From NCBI GenBank assembly GCA_002408885.1, contig DHTZ01000029.1:2041-66040 (forward strand): a DNA stretch of 64,000 nucleotides. Reading direction: 5' to 3'. Below are positions 63,673 to 64,000 of the stretch, piece by piece. The notes below the pieces were generated by a model. The model saw only the letters and a list, made by a program, of their open reading frames with translations. It made no database searches and was not told where the DNA came from. This stretch comes from Lentisphaeria bacterium UBA5247. Its GTDB lineage: Bacteria > Verrucomicrobiota > Lentisphaeria > Victivallales > Victivallaceae. Position numbers and translations under genes: made by a program. The number at the start of each line of letters is the position of its first letter. Position 1 is the stretch's first letter.

Positions 63673-63793
63673 TCCACGATCTTCCGGACGCAGAACACGA
63701 TTCTTTTAAAACCCATGCCATAGCCCAAAGCGCAGAACCAAATATAACCCAATGCCACATAGCTCGAACAAAAAATATAAACTCAGGACTCAT
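63644..63793 (-). pseudogene. 49-codon ORF encoding a signal-peptide-like leader, probably the frameshifted 5' end of the secretin gene
   Basis: MSPEFIFFVRAMWHWVIFGSALWAMAWVLK..., with an AMA-type cleavage motif. Removing one base from the T4A4 run (63704-63711) joins it in frame to ...NRVLRPEDRGVLVRRVL of the secretin ORF. Confidence 0.45.
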
Positions 63794-64000
63794 TACATCA
63801 CCTGCACCAGTAAAATCGTTTTCATGATATTATCATGCGGAGCTTGCAAATACTCTTTCAAGCTCAAATGATACAGATTCGAATACACTGTCGGACTACC
63901 CCCGACGCCATCCAGCGAATTGATGATTTTCAGGTACAGACCCACACTCATGGACTGCTTACCTGAAAACACGCTGGAAAGGTTCTGTCGCGATAACTGT
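63793..64000 (-). CDS. 3' end of an uncharacterised gene (start outside the window)
   Basis: The frame is open from the window edge to the TAA at 63795-63793 (...KIINSLDGVGGSPTVYSNLYHLSLKEYLQAPHDNIMKTILLVQVM*). The stop overlaps the next ATG (TAATG). Confidence 0.4.
   Translation of the reverse strand, partial: QLSRQNLSSVFSGKQSMSVGLYLKIINSLDGVGGSPTVYSNLYHLSLKEYLQAPHDNIMKTILLVQVM

Larger units (their letters stand above)
62462..64000 (-). mobile_element. putative Xer-dependent integrated element (filamentous-prophage-like), partial, continues beyond the window
   Basis: A dif-like junction, a folded-attP-like inverted pair, a terminator, a pIV-like secretin gene and tightly overlapping small ORFs. 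GC is about 42-46% versus about 58% in the rest of the window (estimated by eye). Confidence 0.5.

Noticed and set aside
1-64000. CRISPR arrays, toxin-antitoxin pairs and classical defence islands.
   Set aside because: I saw no regularly spaced direct repeats. No nuclease, methylase, Cas or Abi-type gene sets were recognisable beyond the single CPBP/Abi-family protease.

Overview
This is a gene-dense chromosomal window of roughly 57-60% GC by eye, with about 55 real CDS. Many neighbouring genes share 1-17 nt start/stop overlaps, and several convergent gene pairs abut or overlap at their 3' ends. The content suggests an anaerobic, glycan-degrading PVC-superphylum bacterium, possibly Lentisphaerota/Victivallales-like. 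That placement is an inference from a DUF1559 H-X9-DG prepilin-type protein, HydF, GH29 and GH78-like enzymes, and four very large GH42-architecture-like proteins.

Housekeeping genes: rpsD, guaA, rsmD, clpS-clpA, lepB, mazG, uxaC, a pabB-pabC fusion, ygiQ and hydF.

Five loci deserve a second look.
1. The right end (about 61.55-64.0 kb) drops to about 42-46% GC. It holds a near-canonical XerCD dif-like 28-mer and an inverted degenerate copy, which together can fold into a roughly 175-nt hairpin like the CTX-phage attP. A terminator and a frameshifted secretin (pIV-like) gene follow. I read this as the chromosomal dif site carrying an integrated filamentous-phage-like IMEX element that runs off the window.
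2. At 4455-9992 an exported, membrane-anchored CobN/HmuS-type chelatase is translationally coupled to an ExbB/ExbD-like trio. There are no AAA+ partner genes, B12 genes or TonB-dependent receptor gene nearby.
3. guaA has a vestigial glutamine-amidotransferase domain.
4. A promoter with a 17-bp inverted repeat precedes an SDR / FAD-oxidoreductase / XRE-cupin / OYE operon.
5. An AraC-controlled operon combines a pseudopilin, a lectin-like protein and a giant protein, and that giant protein has a diverged paralog 18 kb away.

I saw no rRNA, tRNA or CRISPR array. All family assignments come from motif recognition by eye, not from database searches.
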